Assembly: GCA_964016885.1 (NCBI GenBank)
Contig: OZ024752.1
Location: 41,788,001-41,852,000 of the forward strand
DNA length: 64,000 nucleotides
From: Eledone cirrhosa
Taxonomy: Eukaryota
Direction of reading: 5' to 3'
A program made the position numbers and the translations under genes. The notes under the pieces were generated by a model. That model did no database searches, was not told the origin of the DNA, and saw only the letters and a list, made by a program, of their open reading frames with translations. Below, piece by piece: positions 28,138 through 42,612 of the stretch. Each line of letters starts with the position of its first letter. Positions within the stretch are counted from its first letter, which is position 1.

Positions 28138-28260
28138 AGGTGAGTTTTATTGTAGTACAATAAAGCAATGCAGATATCGGATAAGAAGCACTCTACAGTT
28201 TGTAGGACTGGAGTATACATAATATATAAGATCAAAATATGGTTAAAAGAGTTCCATGTA

Positions 28261-28327
28261 TTTTATTATGCGCATTTCAAAAACAAATATCATCATGCAA
28301 TAATATTTGTGTTTTCATCAGATAAAA
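28261..28327 (-). ncRNA. Type-I hammerhead motif (family c), inverted copy
   Basis: Reverse complement of 28381-28447. Confidence 0.8.
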
Positions 28328-28380
28328 TAGGAAGACATGATATGAAGGTTAAAAAACACTTGTGAATTCATGTCTTCCTA

Positions 28381-28447
28381 TTTTATCTGATGAAAACACA
28401 AATATTATTGCATGATGATATTTGTTTTTGAAATGCGCATAATAAAA
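28381..28447 (+). ncRNA. Type-I hammerhead motif (family c)
   Basis: TTTTAT-CTGATGA-[AAACACAAATATTATT..TGATGATATTTGTTTTT]-GAAA-TGCGCA-TA-ATAAAA. Confidence 0.85.
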
Positions 28448-28479
28448 TACATGGAACTCTTTTAACCATCTTTTGATCT

Positions 28480-28512
<33 letters not shown>

Positions 28513-28855
28513 CGGGATAACAGATTATTGTTATAGGTGGTCCACTGATTAAAAACCTTTTTTGTATAGCAAACCGTGTCACTCTTCTTTCTTGATTTAT
28601 ATATATATATATATATACACTTACATAAACCATACACACACACATACATATATATATATAATCATCATCATTTAATGCTCAATTTCCCTGCTAGCAAGGG
28701 CTGGACAGGTCTTCACAGTCTTAGTTAGTACTCAAGCGAAGCTACTGACCCCTCAGATGGGCTGGGTGCCTGCATCTTGCTTACATACAATCCTGTGTAC
28801 TACTGAGTATGTCATGTCTGAAAGGGCCTCCTGACCTTTATATATAAATATATAT

Positions 28856-28894
<39 letters not shown>

Positions 28895-29047
28895 AATATA
28901 TATAAATATATATATATATAAATATAAATAAATATATATATATATATATAAATAAATATATATATATATATAAATATATATAAATATATATAAATACATA
29001 TAAATATATAAATATATATAAATACATATATATATATAAATAAATAC

Positions 29048-29181
<134 letters not shown>

Positions 29182-29764
29182 GGTGTCCCCAAAATAATAT
29201 ATACACACATCAATAGCATTCTAATGAATATTGCCTGTACAGGTAATCAAAGTATGTATACAATTTTGGGGGATATAAATATATATATAAAGAAAGAGAG
29301 AGAAAGAGAATTGGATTCACATTAGTCAGGTTCTGAGTTCGATTCCTGGACCAGGAAATGCATTATGTCCTTGGGCAAGACACTTTATTTCATGTTGCTC
29401 CTTCTACCTGGAATTGCGACCGATAGATAGTATTAGTATTTGGAAAGACTAATGGAAACATCGTTTCCTCAGTCCGATTTGACGCAAGTTGATCGACTGT
29501 CAATATATATACACACACACATATATATATATATATACAAAGAACTTTGATTTACAAAGCTATTTACTCATATATATATATGAGTGACAGTGTGTGTGGC
29601 TTAGTAGTTAGGGGTATTCAGTTGACAGTTGTAAGGTTTTGAGTTTGATTCCCAGCAGTGCATTGTTTCTTTCAGCAAGTCATTTTGTTTCAAGTTACTC
29701 AAGTCTACTCAAGTCTACTCAGCTAGCAACAATTAATAGTACCTGTAATTGAATGGGGCAAGTC

Positions 29765-29876
29765 TGTATCATGACTCGTGCACTGTTCATTTTACTGATG
29801 TTTGTGCATTGCCCTATGTACTGTACATGCACTTTTTGATGAGTTGTGGTGCACCTGGGGCACTGTACACAATATT

Positions 29877-29912
<36 letters not shown>

Positions 29913-30040
29913 CATGACTCATACACTGTTCATTTTCCTGACATTTGTCCATTATTCTATGTACTATACATGCACCTTTGATGAGTTGTAGTGCACCTGA
30001 GCACTGTACACAATAATTTCATTATTATTATTATTATTAA
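29765..30040 (+). mobile_element. Two tandem CR1-like LINE 3' tails
   Basis: GATGAGTTGTAGTGCACCTGAGCACTGTACACAATAATTTC-(ATT)n; the same tail occurs at 15448 and 35580. Confidence 0.7.
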
Positions 30041-30138
30041 TAGTACCTGTAATTGAATGGGGCAAGTCTTATCACACGCAGTATTGCACTGAATCTTCTT
30101 GAGAAGAAAGGCATTCGTCAACTCAAGAGGCTCTAGTA

Positions 30139-30482
30139 CATTGGTTCTCAACCTGGGGACCATGGCCCACCAGTGAGCCATAGCAAGTTATTGGGGGAGC
30201 CACGGGAATTAACTAAAAATCACAAAATTTTATACATAAAAAAGAAGAGTAGTTTCCTAACATAATTTTTTCTTTTTCTTGCTTCAAATTTTTATATTCA
30301 ACTTTTTATCAACTTTCTACCTTTTCTAATTATGATTTTACTTCACAAATAAAAAGACATGCCAAAATTATTTCTACATAAAAAAATTATATCAAAAATT
30401 TTAATTTTTTGGGGCGGGGGGGGCCATACTGTTTTGCAATATCATTAAGGTGGAATTTATTATAAAAGGTTGGGAACCGCTG
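30139..30482. mobile_element. hAT (Charlie-like) MITE
   Basis: TIRs CATTGGTTCTCAACC / GGTTGGGAACCGCTG; identical 8-bp TSD CTCTAGTA. Confidence 0.9.
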
Positions 30483-30999
30483 CTCTAGTAGAAAACACTC
30501 ACCAAAGGTACAACAACACGGTGAGAATGAACACCAAAACTACATAGTTCCAAAGCAAACTGTTTAACCACATAGCCAGGCCTGTACCCAATATAAAGAA
30601 GATGCTGCAAATAAGAGGAGTCAATTGTTTTCACTGATGGCCTAGAAAATATTCCCATTTTGCTGACTCTGTTATTCAAATGTTTGGCTTAGCTAATTTT
30701 TCCAATGTCGCAGGAAATTCTTTTATTTTACTCCCTCCCCCAGGGGGCCACATAAGGAAGGAAAGACATCTATTTATGTATGTTTATATATATTAGTGTT
30801 TTACTATATATATATGTATGTATGCATATGTGTACATATGTGTATAAATGTGTGTACGTATCTGTGTGTGTATGTATGTATGTATGTATGCATACGTGTA
30901 TACATGTGTGTATGTATCAGTGTGTATATATGTATATTTATGTATTTATGTATGTATGCCAATGTTTTTCTATACAGTCTCATGCATATGTATATATGC

Positions 31000-31032
<33 letters not shown>

Positions 31033-31063
31033 ATGTAATATATATAATATATTAGTCTATGTA

Positions 31064-31107
<44 letters not shown>

Positions 31108-31219
31108 CATATGTATACATATATATTTACATATACATATATGTCATTTTCCAGTCTCTTTAAAGAATGATTATCCATATGTGTATTACATGCATGTGTA
31201 TATGTTTATATATGCATGC

Positions 31220-31288
<69 letters not shown>

Positions 31289-31589
31289 AGTGTGAATATA
31301 TGCATGTATGTATATATATGTATATATATGTATGTGTAATAGATAATTATATAGATATATCATTTTCCAGACAGTTTCTTTAAAGAATGATTCCCCATGT
31401 GTTGTCGAAATACTTTTTACATTAAAAAATGTAACAATTTTATTTTTTATGTTTGGAAACTTCCGGTAAAATCTCTGCTGATTTCTCAGTTTTCTTAGAA
31501 ATATCAGAACTTCCCAGACTAACACTCCGATACCATTAAGATAACTTGGGTATATGTAATCAAATAAACACACATGCAAACACACACAC

Positions 31590-31624
<35 letters not shown>

Positions 31625-31647
31625 ACAAAACACCAAACAAATGAATA

Positions 31648-31688
<41 letters not shown>

Positions 31689-31689
31689 G

Positions 31690-31721
<32 letters not shown>

Positions 31722-31791
31722 CATATATATATATGTATATATATATATATGTGCATATATATATATGTGTATATATATACATGTGCATATA

Positions 31792-31822
<31 letters not shown>

Positions 31823-32545
31823 CTGTGTGTGTGTTTGCGTGTGTGCGTGATTATATATATGTGTGTGTGTGTGCATATATATGTGTATATAAATATATAT
31901 ATAAATATATGTGTGTGTATCATCATCATCATCGTTTTACGTCCATTTTTCCACACATGCACACACACACACACACACACATATACACTATAAATATACA
32001 CTATATATATATACACTATATATATATATATATATATATGTAACCCTAAGCCAATCATTGAAAGGAAATCTCTGGTAACTGTTTCCATTGGTAATGACCT
32101 ACTTTATAAACCATCACCATCATCAACACCATCATCATCAACCCCACCACCACCACCACCATCATTTGGTAATGACCTCCTTTAGAAGCCATCACCAGCA
32201 TCACCATCACCACTAGTTCATAATGACCAACATTATAAGCCACCATCATCATCATCACCATCATTACCATCACCATCACCATCACCATCATTACCATCAC
32301 CATCACCATCACCATCACCATCACTACCATCGCCATCACCATCACTATCATCACCATCACCATCATCATTACCATTATAACCATCACCATCATCATTACC
32401 ACTATAACCATCACCAGCTGTTTGATTTTTGTTTTGCTTAACTTTTCCCCTCATAAGTATATATGTATATAAATGCCTATATATGCATATACACAGATAA
32501 GTTCTTGCAAATGTGTATATAAGTACATATGTAATCCATATATGT

Positions 32546-32815
32546 GGAAGCACGTGGCCTAGTGGTAAGGGTGTTGGACTTACGATCATAATGTCGTGGG
32601 TTCGATTCCTGGGCTGCATGTTGTGTTCTTGAGTAAAACACTTCATTTCATGTTGCTCCAGTATACTCAGCTGAAAATGAGTACCAGCAATAGCTGGGGG
32701 GTTTAACCCTGCGATAGATTAGCATCCTGTCCAGGGGGGAGTCTCGTACTCTCAGTCGCTTCATGCCATGAAACTGGGATAAGCACTGACCAAATGAGCC
32801 TTCTTGCTTATGACA
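32546..32815 (+). mobile_element. tRNA-derived SINE (third family)
   Basis: TGGCCTAGTGG A box, GGTTCGATTCC B box, CORE-like TTCTTGAGTAAAACACTT. Confidence 0.8.
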
Positions 32816-32826
32816 GACTTTAGACA

Positions 32827-33204
32827 CCATATATACTTCAATATAAGCCAAAACAAATATTAGCCAGCTCCCATTATTTTATGTCTGATTGGCAGTATCG
32901 GTAGAGGGTCGGACGCCATGCTTTGACGCATAGAGTTATGGTCCTTGCCATTCTGAGTTCAAATCCCGCCGAGGTTAACTTTGCCTTTCATCCTTACGGG
33001 GTCGATAAAATAAAGTACCAGTAATGCACTGGGTAATTGCTGGCCTTGTGCCTAAAGTAGAAACAATTATTTTATGTCTGAGAAATGGGCAATTTGAAAT
33101 TAGTGAAAATCGTCAAACTTTTGACCACAAATATAATCCGAAACCCCTTCTACCATTGATTTTTGGTCACATATTCCTCGGCTTATATTCGAGTATATAT
33201 GATA
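32827..33204. mobile_element. Tc/mariner (pogo/Tc2-like) MITE carrying a SINE-B insertion (32887-33072)
   Basis: Ends CCATATATACTTCAATATAAGCC / GGCTTATATTCGAGTATATATG. The SINE is flanked by the duplication ATTATTTTATGTCTGA. Confidence 0.75.
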
Positions 33205-33425
33205 AGTTAATATATATATAAATGTGTATACATGTATATATATGTATATAAATGTGTATATATAAGTTAACCCTTTAGCATTTACATAACTCTATATTTA
33301 CTATTATATTTTCACGGTAAAGGCTTTACCTCACATAATTATTTCACATAATATCGAATCTATGAGATTTTGATATTATTTATTTTGAGAACAATACCTT
33401 AACAATACCTTAACATGACAAAGGA

Positions 33426-33468
33426 ACGCTGTACTAGTTTCAAGCTTATTAGCTATCGTCAGCAACGT
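33426..33468 (-). ncRNA. Type-I hammerhead motif (family g), inverted copy
   Basis: Reverse complement of 33602-33644. Confidence 0.85.
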
Positions 33469-33601
33469 ATACCTTCCTGCCAGATTGTTGAACGTATATA
33501 CTTACCTTATGCATATTAACGGCTGAGTAGCCCAATTTGCATATCGATTGGGTTAATCGGCTGGGTGCACCGAAATGTTCAACAATCTGGCAGGAAGGTA
33601 T

Positions 33602-33644
33602 ACGTTGCTGACGATAGCTAATAAGCTTGAAACTAGTACAGCGT
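33602..33644 (+). ncRNA. Type-I hammerhead motif (family g)
   Basis: ACGTTG-CTGACGA-T[AGCT aata AGCT]T-GAAA-CTAG-TA-CAGCGT. Confidence 0.85.
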
Positions 33645-33844
33645 TCCTTTGTCAGTGTTGAACAAATGAGCAACGATGGTTGCTGGATACTACGGCTTAA
33701 TACGGGATGTTTGTTTACAAACACACCGAGCATTATAATAAATGTTCGGTGAATCCATACGTACATATATATATATGTGTGTGTGTATGTATATATGTAT
33801 GTACGTGTACATACTTATATATATATATGTAGCATGCATATATA

Positions 33845-34228
33845 GCAAGCATGCTCCGTTGGATGTGCAGTGTAAATGTGCGTGAACGACCCAGCATAAA
33901 TGTGTTGAGAGAGAAACTGTGTCTGAGAGGGATAGAATGTAGTGTACGGGAGAGGAGACTGAGGTGGTACGGACATGTGATGCACATGGAGGATGACCGA
34001 TGGGTGAAGAAGTGCCAGGAAATGCCAGTTGAAGGAAGACGTGGTAGAGGTAGACCATGAAAAACATAGGCGGAGGTGGTGAGAACAGACCTCAGATCAT
34101 TGAAGCTCACGGTGGAGATGACGAGGGACCGTGACGAGTGGAGAGATGCTGTGCTGAATAAGACCCGTCCCACCCTTGCAAGCAGGGAAAAGCGGACGTA
34201 AAATGATGATGATGATGATGATGATGAT
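33845..34228 (+). mobile_element. RTE-clade LINE 3' end
   Basis: MLRWMCSVNV...RRLRWYGHVMHM...RGRGRP; its tail GCAAGCAGGGAAAAGCGGACGTAAAA(TGA)n is shared with SINE A. Confidence 0.9.
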
Positions 34229-34365
34229 ATATATATATACACAAACACACACACTGTGACGAATGGAGAGATGCTGTACTGAATAGGACCCGTCCCACCC
34301 TTGCAAGCAGGGAAAAGCGACATAAAATGATGATGATGATATATATATATACATATATACATATA

Positions 34366-34419
<54 letters not shown>

Positions 34420-35074
34420 GCATGAGTAATAAATGTATATACAAGCACACATGTATATGAATATGTATATAAGTACATATGCATACATCACTTCATGCTA
34501 GCATGTGGCCACCAGCAGTGACTGGATGAAGTTAAGTCAGTACTTATTACTCTCAACATTCTCTATTATTATCCCTTATCCCCACCCCACCCTTTTATTT
34601 CTTCTCTACTCTTCTCTTCTCTACACCATTTTTATATTGTTCAGGCATTCAATATATCTAAGCTGTGTTCTCTGTCATAGTAAATTAATCTACAACTATA
34701 TAATTGTCCAATAACATGGCTAGATAATTTCTAAAATATATATTGTTCACCTATGTAATTAGTTATTGATTTTTTTTTTGTTTACCAATATACATAAAGA
34801 GATCATCATTATTATCATTTTATAATTTTTAAGTCTAATTTTTTTTTTTTTTTCATGTTTTTTCATGTTTGCATAGGTTAAATGAGTCCTCTCCAGTACA
34901 GCATCTCTCTACTTTGTCATCTCTTTTGTATCTCCTTTGTCATCTCTTTTGTAAGGTTCAGTTTATTTAGATCAGCTTTCACCACTTCTGCCCACATCTT
35001 ACTTGGACTTTCTTGGACTACCATAGTCTCTTTCCACTTGAAACTCCTGGCACTTCTTCACCCAGTCATCATTA

Positions 35075-35678
35075 CCCAGAGTTGCTGAAGCATGGAACAA
35101 ACTACCTGCATCAGTTGTTAGCTGTCGAGACACTGCATCCTTTAAAACCTCCATGGAACAAACTACCTGCATCAGATGTTAGCTGTCGAGACACTGCATC
35201 CTTTAAAACCTCCATGGAACAAACTTCCTGCATCAGTTGTTAACTGTCGAGACACTGCATCCTTTAAAACCTCCATGGAACAAACTACCTGCATCGGTTG
35301 TTAGCTGTCGAGACACTGCATCCTTTAAAACCTCCATGGAACAAACTACCTGCATCAGTTGTTAGCTGTCGAGACACTGCATCCTTTAAAACCTCCATGG
35401 AACAAACTACCTGCATCAGTTGTTATCTGTCGAGACACTGCATCCTTTAAAACCTCCATGAAACAAACTCCCTGCATCAGTTGTTAGCTGTCGAGACACT
35501 GCATCCTTTAAGGCCTCCATGCTTCCTGAGATTCGCCAACACTTCACCTGATATCCCCCTCCATACGCACGCACTCATGTATTTCACGACTCGTACACTG
35601 TTAATTTTCCTGACATTTGTACATTATTCTATGTACTATACATGCACCTTTGATGAGTTGTAGTGCACCTGAGCACTG
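35075..35678 (+). mobile_element. CR1-like LINE 3' end with a 61-bp segment amplified 7x
   Basis: The unit encodes WNKLPASVVSCRDTASFK-like sequence (CR1/L2 ORF2 end); it is followed by the CR1-like tail. Confidence 0.8.
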
Positions 35679-36944
35679 TTGTACCAGTGCAACATCTGAT
35701 TCTCAGTTTTCTTCTCAACTCATCTACGTTTCATCGTTCTTGCACATTAACCTTACACATCCAATGCGGCATGCTGGATTGACTTCTCTCCATCCTTTGC
35801 AGATGCTCTATATTCACTGCCCACATCTTACTGCTGCCATGCAGCATCACACTTCTCATGCAGATATCATACAATCTACTCTCCACTTTTACAGATCTTC
35901 CATGTTTCCTGTCATCATTATCCTTTTTACATTCTCTTTTCCATGTTAGTATGGGTTAGACAGGCCCTCTTTAAAACAACATCTCACCATTTTGTCATCT
36001 GCTTTGACAAGTTGAAAATTCTGAGATCGGCTTTTGCCAATTCTTCCAATGTCTTCCTTGGCCTTTCTCTTCTACATTTTCCTTCCATTTGAAAATCCTG
36101 GCACATCTTTACCTATCATCTATACACATTACACACTCACACCAGCAGTTTTCTCTCTTGAATGCAACATCTAACTCCTCTTATAGATGCCAAGGAAACA
36201 AAATTATAAAAAAGCAGGGTTAAACCCTCTCTCAAACAAACCATCCTAAAACAAAAACAATAGGGTGCTGACAGAGCTGAGACCTGAGTAATTAGCACCC
36301 TAAATTAGCCCCACAATGTAAGCCTGGGTATTTAACACCTTAATTTATCCTACAGTGTATATCTCATTCTCCCAGTTATATAACCCATTCTCACAAATAA
36401 AATAATTTCAACTTACTTTTTAATAACCTGACAAATCTAGTTTTTAACACTTCTTGCTCTGACAACACATAGAAAATGACAAGGCCTGCATTTCCTACTA
36501 CATTGTCCACACTCACCCACACCACTTCATGTTGCAGGTCATAACAGGTCATAACAGGTCATAACACCACACAACCCTCTCCACCTCTATGGATATTTCC
36601 GCAATGCTTAGTGATTTATTTATTGATCACAGGAAATTATTATATATATGTAAGTGAATTATACAAATTTGTATAAAACTGTGATCTTCTAAGGTTCAGT
36701 AATACGAGTCACTGAGATTTGTATCCTAGGTGGCTGACTTTAATGGCAGCAACAGCTCTGGGTGAAGATATTGTGTGAAATTAGTGCTAATATTGGAAGA
36801 ACCTCCCATGAGAGTTGTAGAATGATACAATTCTCAGGAATAGAGTATTATATATCAAATTGTCTATTTATTTATACATTTTACACAGCTTTGGTCAAAT
36901 CTTGTACTCGTTCTATACAGATATGTATCTATTTTATATATATG

Positions 36945-37770
36945 TCTGTAAAGTGGCAGTGCTGGTGTCACTATAAAAATGCACCCAGTCCACTCTGTAA
37001 AGTGGCAGTGCTGGTGTCACTATAAAAATGCACCCAGTCCACTCTGTAAAGTAATAGTGCTGGTGTCACTATAAAAATGCACCCAGTCCACTCTGTAAAG
37101 TGGCAGTGCTGGTGTCACTATAAAAATGCACCCAGTCCACTCTGTAAAGTAATAGTGCTGGTGTCACTATAAAAATGCACCCAGTCCACTCTGTAAAGTG
37201 GCAGTGCTGGTGTCACTATAAAATGTACCCAGCCCACACTGTAAAGTGAAAATGATGGTGTCACTATAAAAGGTACCCAGGCCACTCTGTATAGTGGCAG
37301 TGCTGGTGTCACTATAAAAATGCACCCAGCCCACACTGTAAAGTGGCAGTGCTGGTGTCACTATAAAAATGCACCCAGTCCACTCTGTAAAGTGGCAGTG
37401 CTGGTGTCACTATAAAAATGCACCCAGTCCACTCTGTAAAGTAGCAGTGCTGGTGTCACAATAAAATGTACCCAGCCCACTCTGTAAAGTAATAGTGCTG
37501 GTATCACAATGAAATGTATCCAGCCCACACTGTAAAGTGTCAGTGCTGGTGTCACTATAAAATGTACCCAGCCCACACTGTAAAGTGGAAATGATGGTGT
37601 CACTATAAAAGGTACCCAGCCCACTCTGTATAGTGGCAGTGATGATGTCACTATAAAATACACCCAGTCGACTCTGTAAAGTGACAGTAATGGTGTCAGA
37701 ATAAAATGCACCCAACCCATTCTGTAAAGTGGTAGTACTGCTGCCACAATAAAATGCACTAGTGCATTCT
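36945..37770 (+). repeat. 48-49-bp tandem array (~17 units) of the RTE-5'/SINE pseudoknot module
   Basis: Unit CTCTGTAAAGTGGCAGTGCTGGTGTCACTATAAAAATGCACCCAGTCCA, ending in GGTTGGCCTTAGGAAGAGCAT. Confidence 0.9.
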
Positions 37771-39403
37771 TGAAAGTGGTTGGCCTTAGGAAGAGCATTT
37801 AACCACAGAAACTAAGTCAAAATATGGAATATATAAGGAAGTTTTGGTTCTTTATAGTGTATACTTGGTTTTTTAGTGTGTGTACTTGGACCATTTTATC
37901 AAGGCACCAGCAGTATAACTTTACAGGGTGAACTAGGTCCAACTTACACGGTGGACTGGGTGCTTTTCATTGTGGAACCAGCACTACCACCTTACAGAGT
38001 GTACTGCATGCATTTTATTGTGTATTTCATTGTGGCACAAGCACTTGGGAGATTTGTCATGTCTTTGACACAACTGAAGAGTCCTTATAACTGTTTGTTT
38101 GGTGTGGTTTATATGACAGGATGTCTTTCCTAATGCCCTTCTTAAGTTTATGTAAATTAGAATTTCCAATTTGCTGCTACTTACTGACTCTGAATTGGAT
38201 AATGTGGGCCTTCTATTTATATGGCTGTAGGGGGACCTTTTCAGGAAGTTAGGCTGCTATTTTTAGGATAGAGGCTCTCTTGATGGCTGGTGATCTAGAC
38301 TACAGCAATGACAACAGCAAGAACAATAACAACAACTACAGCAGCGACAACAACAGCAACTACAACTACAGCAATGACAACAGCAACAATCACACCAACA
38401 ATAAGAAAAATATCCACAACTACAGCAACTACAACAACAACTACAGCAATGACAACAACAGCAACTACGACTACAACAACAACAACAACAACAACAACAA
38501 CTACAACAACAACAACAACAACAACAACGATAACGATAACAGAAATCACAGATTATGTGAAGAGGTGAGATCAACTTTGTATGTCATTTCCTCCTGGCAA
38601 GGGGGCACATCCTTTAATTTTAGATGAGTGAGTTGAGCAAGACCCTGATATTTTTTCTATGATTCATTCACATATACACACTCGTTCATACATACACACA
38701 TGGTCCTACATATACATTCACATATACACACTTGTTCATACATACACTCATGGTCCTACATATACATTCACATATACACACTTGTTCATACATATACACA
38801 TGGTCCTACATATACATTCACATATACACACTCGTTCATACATACACACATGTTCCTACATATACATTCACATATACACACTCGTTCATACATACACACA
38901 TGTTCCTACATATACATTCACATATACACACTCATTCATACATACACACATGTTCCTACATATACATTCACATATACACACAGACATACACACAGACATA
39001 CAAACACACACACATACATACACACACACATACACACAGACATACAAACACACACACACACACATTTACAGGTGTCTGCACAGACATACAAACACACACA
39101 CACACACATGCTCTCTCCCTCTCTCTCACACACACACATACACACATGCTCTCTTCTCCCTCACACACACACATACACACATGCTCTCTCTCTCTCTCAC
39201 ATACACACACACACACATACACACATGCTCTCTCCCTCTCTCTCACACACATACACACATGCTCTCTCTCACATACACACACACACACATACACACATGC
39301 TCTCTCCCTCTCTCTCACACACATACACACATGCTCTCTCCCTCTCTCACACACACACATACACACATGCGCTCTCTCACACACACACACATACACATGC
39401 TTG

Positions 39404-39435
<32 letters not shown>

Positions 39436-39566
39436 TATGCTCTCTTCTCCCTCACACACACACATACACACATGCGCTCTCTCTCACACACACACACACA
39501 TGTTTGCTCTCTCTCTCTCACACACACACACACATACACACATGCTGTCTCTCTCATACACACATG

Positions 39567-39609
<43 letters not shown>

Positions 39610-39722
39610 ACATAAACACACATGCTCTCTCTCTCACACACATATAATGTGTACTCACACATGCAAATGAACATTTGAAAATCTGACATACAAACACAAT
39701 TACAAATTCACAAAAAAAATTG

Positions 39723-39754
<32 letters not shown>

Positions 39755-39969
39755 ATACATAATACCAATTTGCTAATGCATATACAGACACATAAACACA
39801 CGTGCATTAGATAATGCAAATACAAAAATACACACATGCACACAAACACAAACATACATACAGACACATCATACATATACTCCTTCTCAGATATGCATAA
39901 CGTTTTCAAAATTATTTAAATTGATATTTCCTATTCAACAATGTATGTGTGTGTGTGTATGTATATATT

Positions 39970-40009
<40 letters not shown>

Positions 40010-40029
40010 TACATACATACATACATACA

Positions 40030-40060
<31 letters not shown>

Positions 40061-40409
40061 GGAGGCACATGGCTTAGTGGTTAGAGCATTGGCCTTGCAA
40101 TCGAAAGGTTGTGAGTTCAATTCTCAGACCAGGTGATGTGTTGTTTCCTTGAGCAAGACACTTTATTTCACATTGCTCCAGTCTACTCAGCTGTAGATAT
40201 GAGATGATAGGGACTGGGGTCCCTATCATTCCACTGCAAAGTGGTCGTGGAGGTGCCACGGCAAAAAAGCACCCAGCACTCACTGTAAATGAGGTTGGTG
40301 TTAGGAAGGGCATCCAGCTGTAGAAATCAAGCCAGAATCAGTTCCCGTCCCACCCTTGCAAGCAGGGAAAAAGCGGACGTAAAATGAAATGATGATGATG
40401 AAATGATGA
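40061..40409 (+). mobile_element. Full-length SINE family A
   Basis: As 13951. Confidence 0.9.
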
Positions 40410-40475
40410 TATATTATAATTATAACAATAAAATAACAGGAGGCTGGACTTGTGTAAATCCTTGAAAGGTTTATT

Positions 40476-40533
40476 ATACTATGATCATTTCAATGACCGG
40501 GTTATGTATGAATCCGGTGATATCATCAGGTAT
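40476..40533 (-). ncRNA. Type-I hammerhead motif (family h), inverted copy
   Basis: Reverse complement of 40659-40716. Confidence 0.75.
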
Positions 40534-40658
40534 TCGAAATATAATAAATGAACTTGAGGGCGACTGGCTAAAGTAGAAGATGCTAGATGGTCGGTCGTCC
40601 TCGGGTCTATGATTTTACCCATGGATTTTATCTGTTACATTCATTTATTATATTTCAA

Positions 40659-40716
40659 ATACCTGATGATATCACCGGATTCATACGGAACCCGGTCATT
40701 GAAATGATCATAGTAT
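40659..40716 (+). ncRNA. Type-I hammerhead motif (family h)
   Basis: ATAC-CTGATGA-[TATCACCGG..CCGGTCATT]-GAAA-TGATCA-TA-GTAT. Confidence 0.75.
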
Positions 40717-40989
40717 AATAAACCTTTCAAGGATTTACACAAGTCCAGCCTCCTGTTATTTTATTATAATATTTAACTCCGTACTCGCACCACCAACACA
40801 AACGAAGACGGTTGAGCTGCTTTACGTTGAGTACTCTCCATATTATTACATCAAGATTGACCATACGGAATGATCAGCTCTATCCAGTGGTGAACCTTCA
40901 AACCTAAATAAATATATATATATATTTATAGATCCCTACCCTATCCTCCCACTCCCACCAACAGCACGAGAAAATGAGATCGAGATCGA

Positions 40990-41483
40990 GATCATGTAGG
41001 TGTCACGACAAAAAAACACACACAGTCCACGCTGTAATGTGTCCGTGTAGGTAACACGGTAAAAAGTTCCCAGTTCCACACTGTAAATGTGGTTGGTGTT
41101 AGGAAGGGCATCCAGCCGTAGAAAACCTGCCAGATAGTCCTATATGAATGAGACACGGTCACCCGACCAGCCTTGCCTCAAGTGGGACAACTCCCGTCTA
41201 ACCCATGCTAGCATGGAAAATTGACATTAAACGAAGATGATGATGATGATGATATAGATATATAGATATATAGAAATCGACTTTTGTCAAATCGGACCGA
41301 GGAAACAAGGTTTCCGTTGGTGTTTCCAATTGCTAATACTATATATCGGTTGCAACTCCAGGTAGAAGGAGTAACGTGAAATAAAGTGTCTTGCTCAAGG
41401 ACATAACGCACCGCCCGGTCAGGAATCGAACTGACAACCTCACGATTGCAAATCCAATTCTCTAACCTATCAGCCGCACGCTC
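40990..41483. mobile_element. Bipartite RTE-derived element (+, 40990-41252) and a tRNA-derived SINE (-, 41280-41483)
   Basis: GTTAGGAAGGGCATCCAGCC...(GAT)n. The reverse strand has GGTTAGAG, GTTCGATTCC and CCTTGAGCAAGACAC. Confidence 0.75.
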
Positions 41484-41809
41484 ACTATATATATATGATG
41501 GTTGAATAAATGAGGTAAAGCACTTGTACAAGAGATGTGTGGTTTGATTCTCTGCAGTCATCTCTGTCCAAGTTTTTCCATCTCCAGGTGTACATTTCAG
41601 GATGTGTTTATAGTATTTATAGTTATCTGCATTGTGCTGATTATATTTTCATATTTCAAATTTCAAATTTCTCAGGGAGAGAGAGATAGGAGCATGAAAA
41701 GAGAGAAGGGGCAGGGAGAGAGAGAGGATCAGGTAAAGAGAGAAAGAGAGAGAGAGAGAGAGAGAAGCATGAAGAGAGAAAGAGGGGACAGGAAGAGAAA
41801 GAGTGGATC

Positions 41810-41850
<41 letters not shown>

Positions 41851-42037
41851 TCAGGAGAGTGAGATAGGAGCATGGAAAAGAAAGCAGGAGAAGGAAGAGA
41901 GAGATAGAGAGAGAGATGGGACCATGAAAAGAGAGAGGGATCAGGAAGAGAGAGAGGGGGAGAGAAAGAGACCCAGTTAAAAATAGTTCCACCACCTCTC
42001 TCCAACTACAGGTGCAGGGCTTAAAATAGAGCAGTTG

Positions 42038-42111
<74 letters not shown>

Positions 42112-42575
42112 ACACACACACGCGGTGTGTTGGTGTAGTGTAGTATTGTAAGGGGTCACATAGCTATTACTACATCTCTTGACAGCTAATATAAGGGGGA
42201 GAGGAGGAGGGGGAGAGGTTGAAAATGGTAGGGAAGTGTGTGGGGCGGCGGCGGTGGGTGATTGGAGATGGTAGGGGGGGGGGGATGGTTGGAATGTGTG
42301 TGTGTGAAGAAGAAAGAAAAACGAAGAACAACAATGAAGAAAAAGAAGAACAATGAAGAAAAAGAAGAAAGAAGAACAAGAACAAGAAGAAAAAGAAAAA
42401 GGAGAAGAATGAAGAAAAAGAAGAACGAAGGAAAAGAAGAAGAAGAAGAAGAAGAAGAAGAAGAAGAAGAAGAAGAAGAAGAAGAAGAAGAAGAAGAAGA
42501 AGAAGAAGAAGATAAAAAAGAAAAAGAAGAAAGGAAAAAGAAGAAAAAGAAGAAAGAAAGAAGTCATGTGCCTCC

Positions 42576-42611
<36 letters not shown>

Positions 42612-42612
<1 letters not shown>

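Noticed and set aside
40244-40275. Pistol ribozyme (CGTGG...CCACG start)
   Set aside because: The pseudoknot partner follows the A-run directly; the pistol P2/P3 arrangement is absent.
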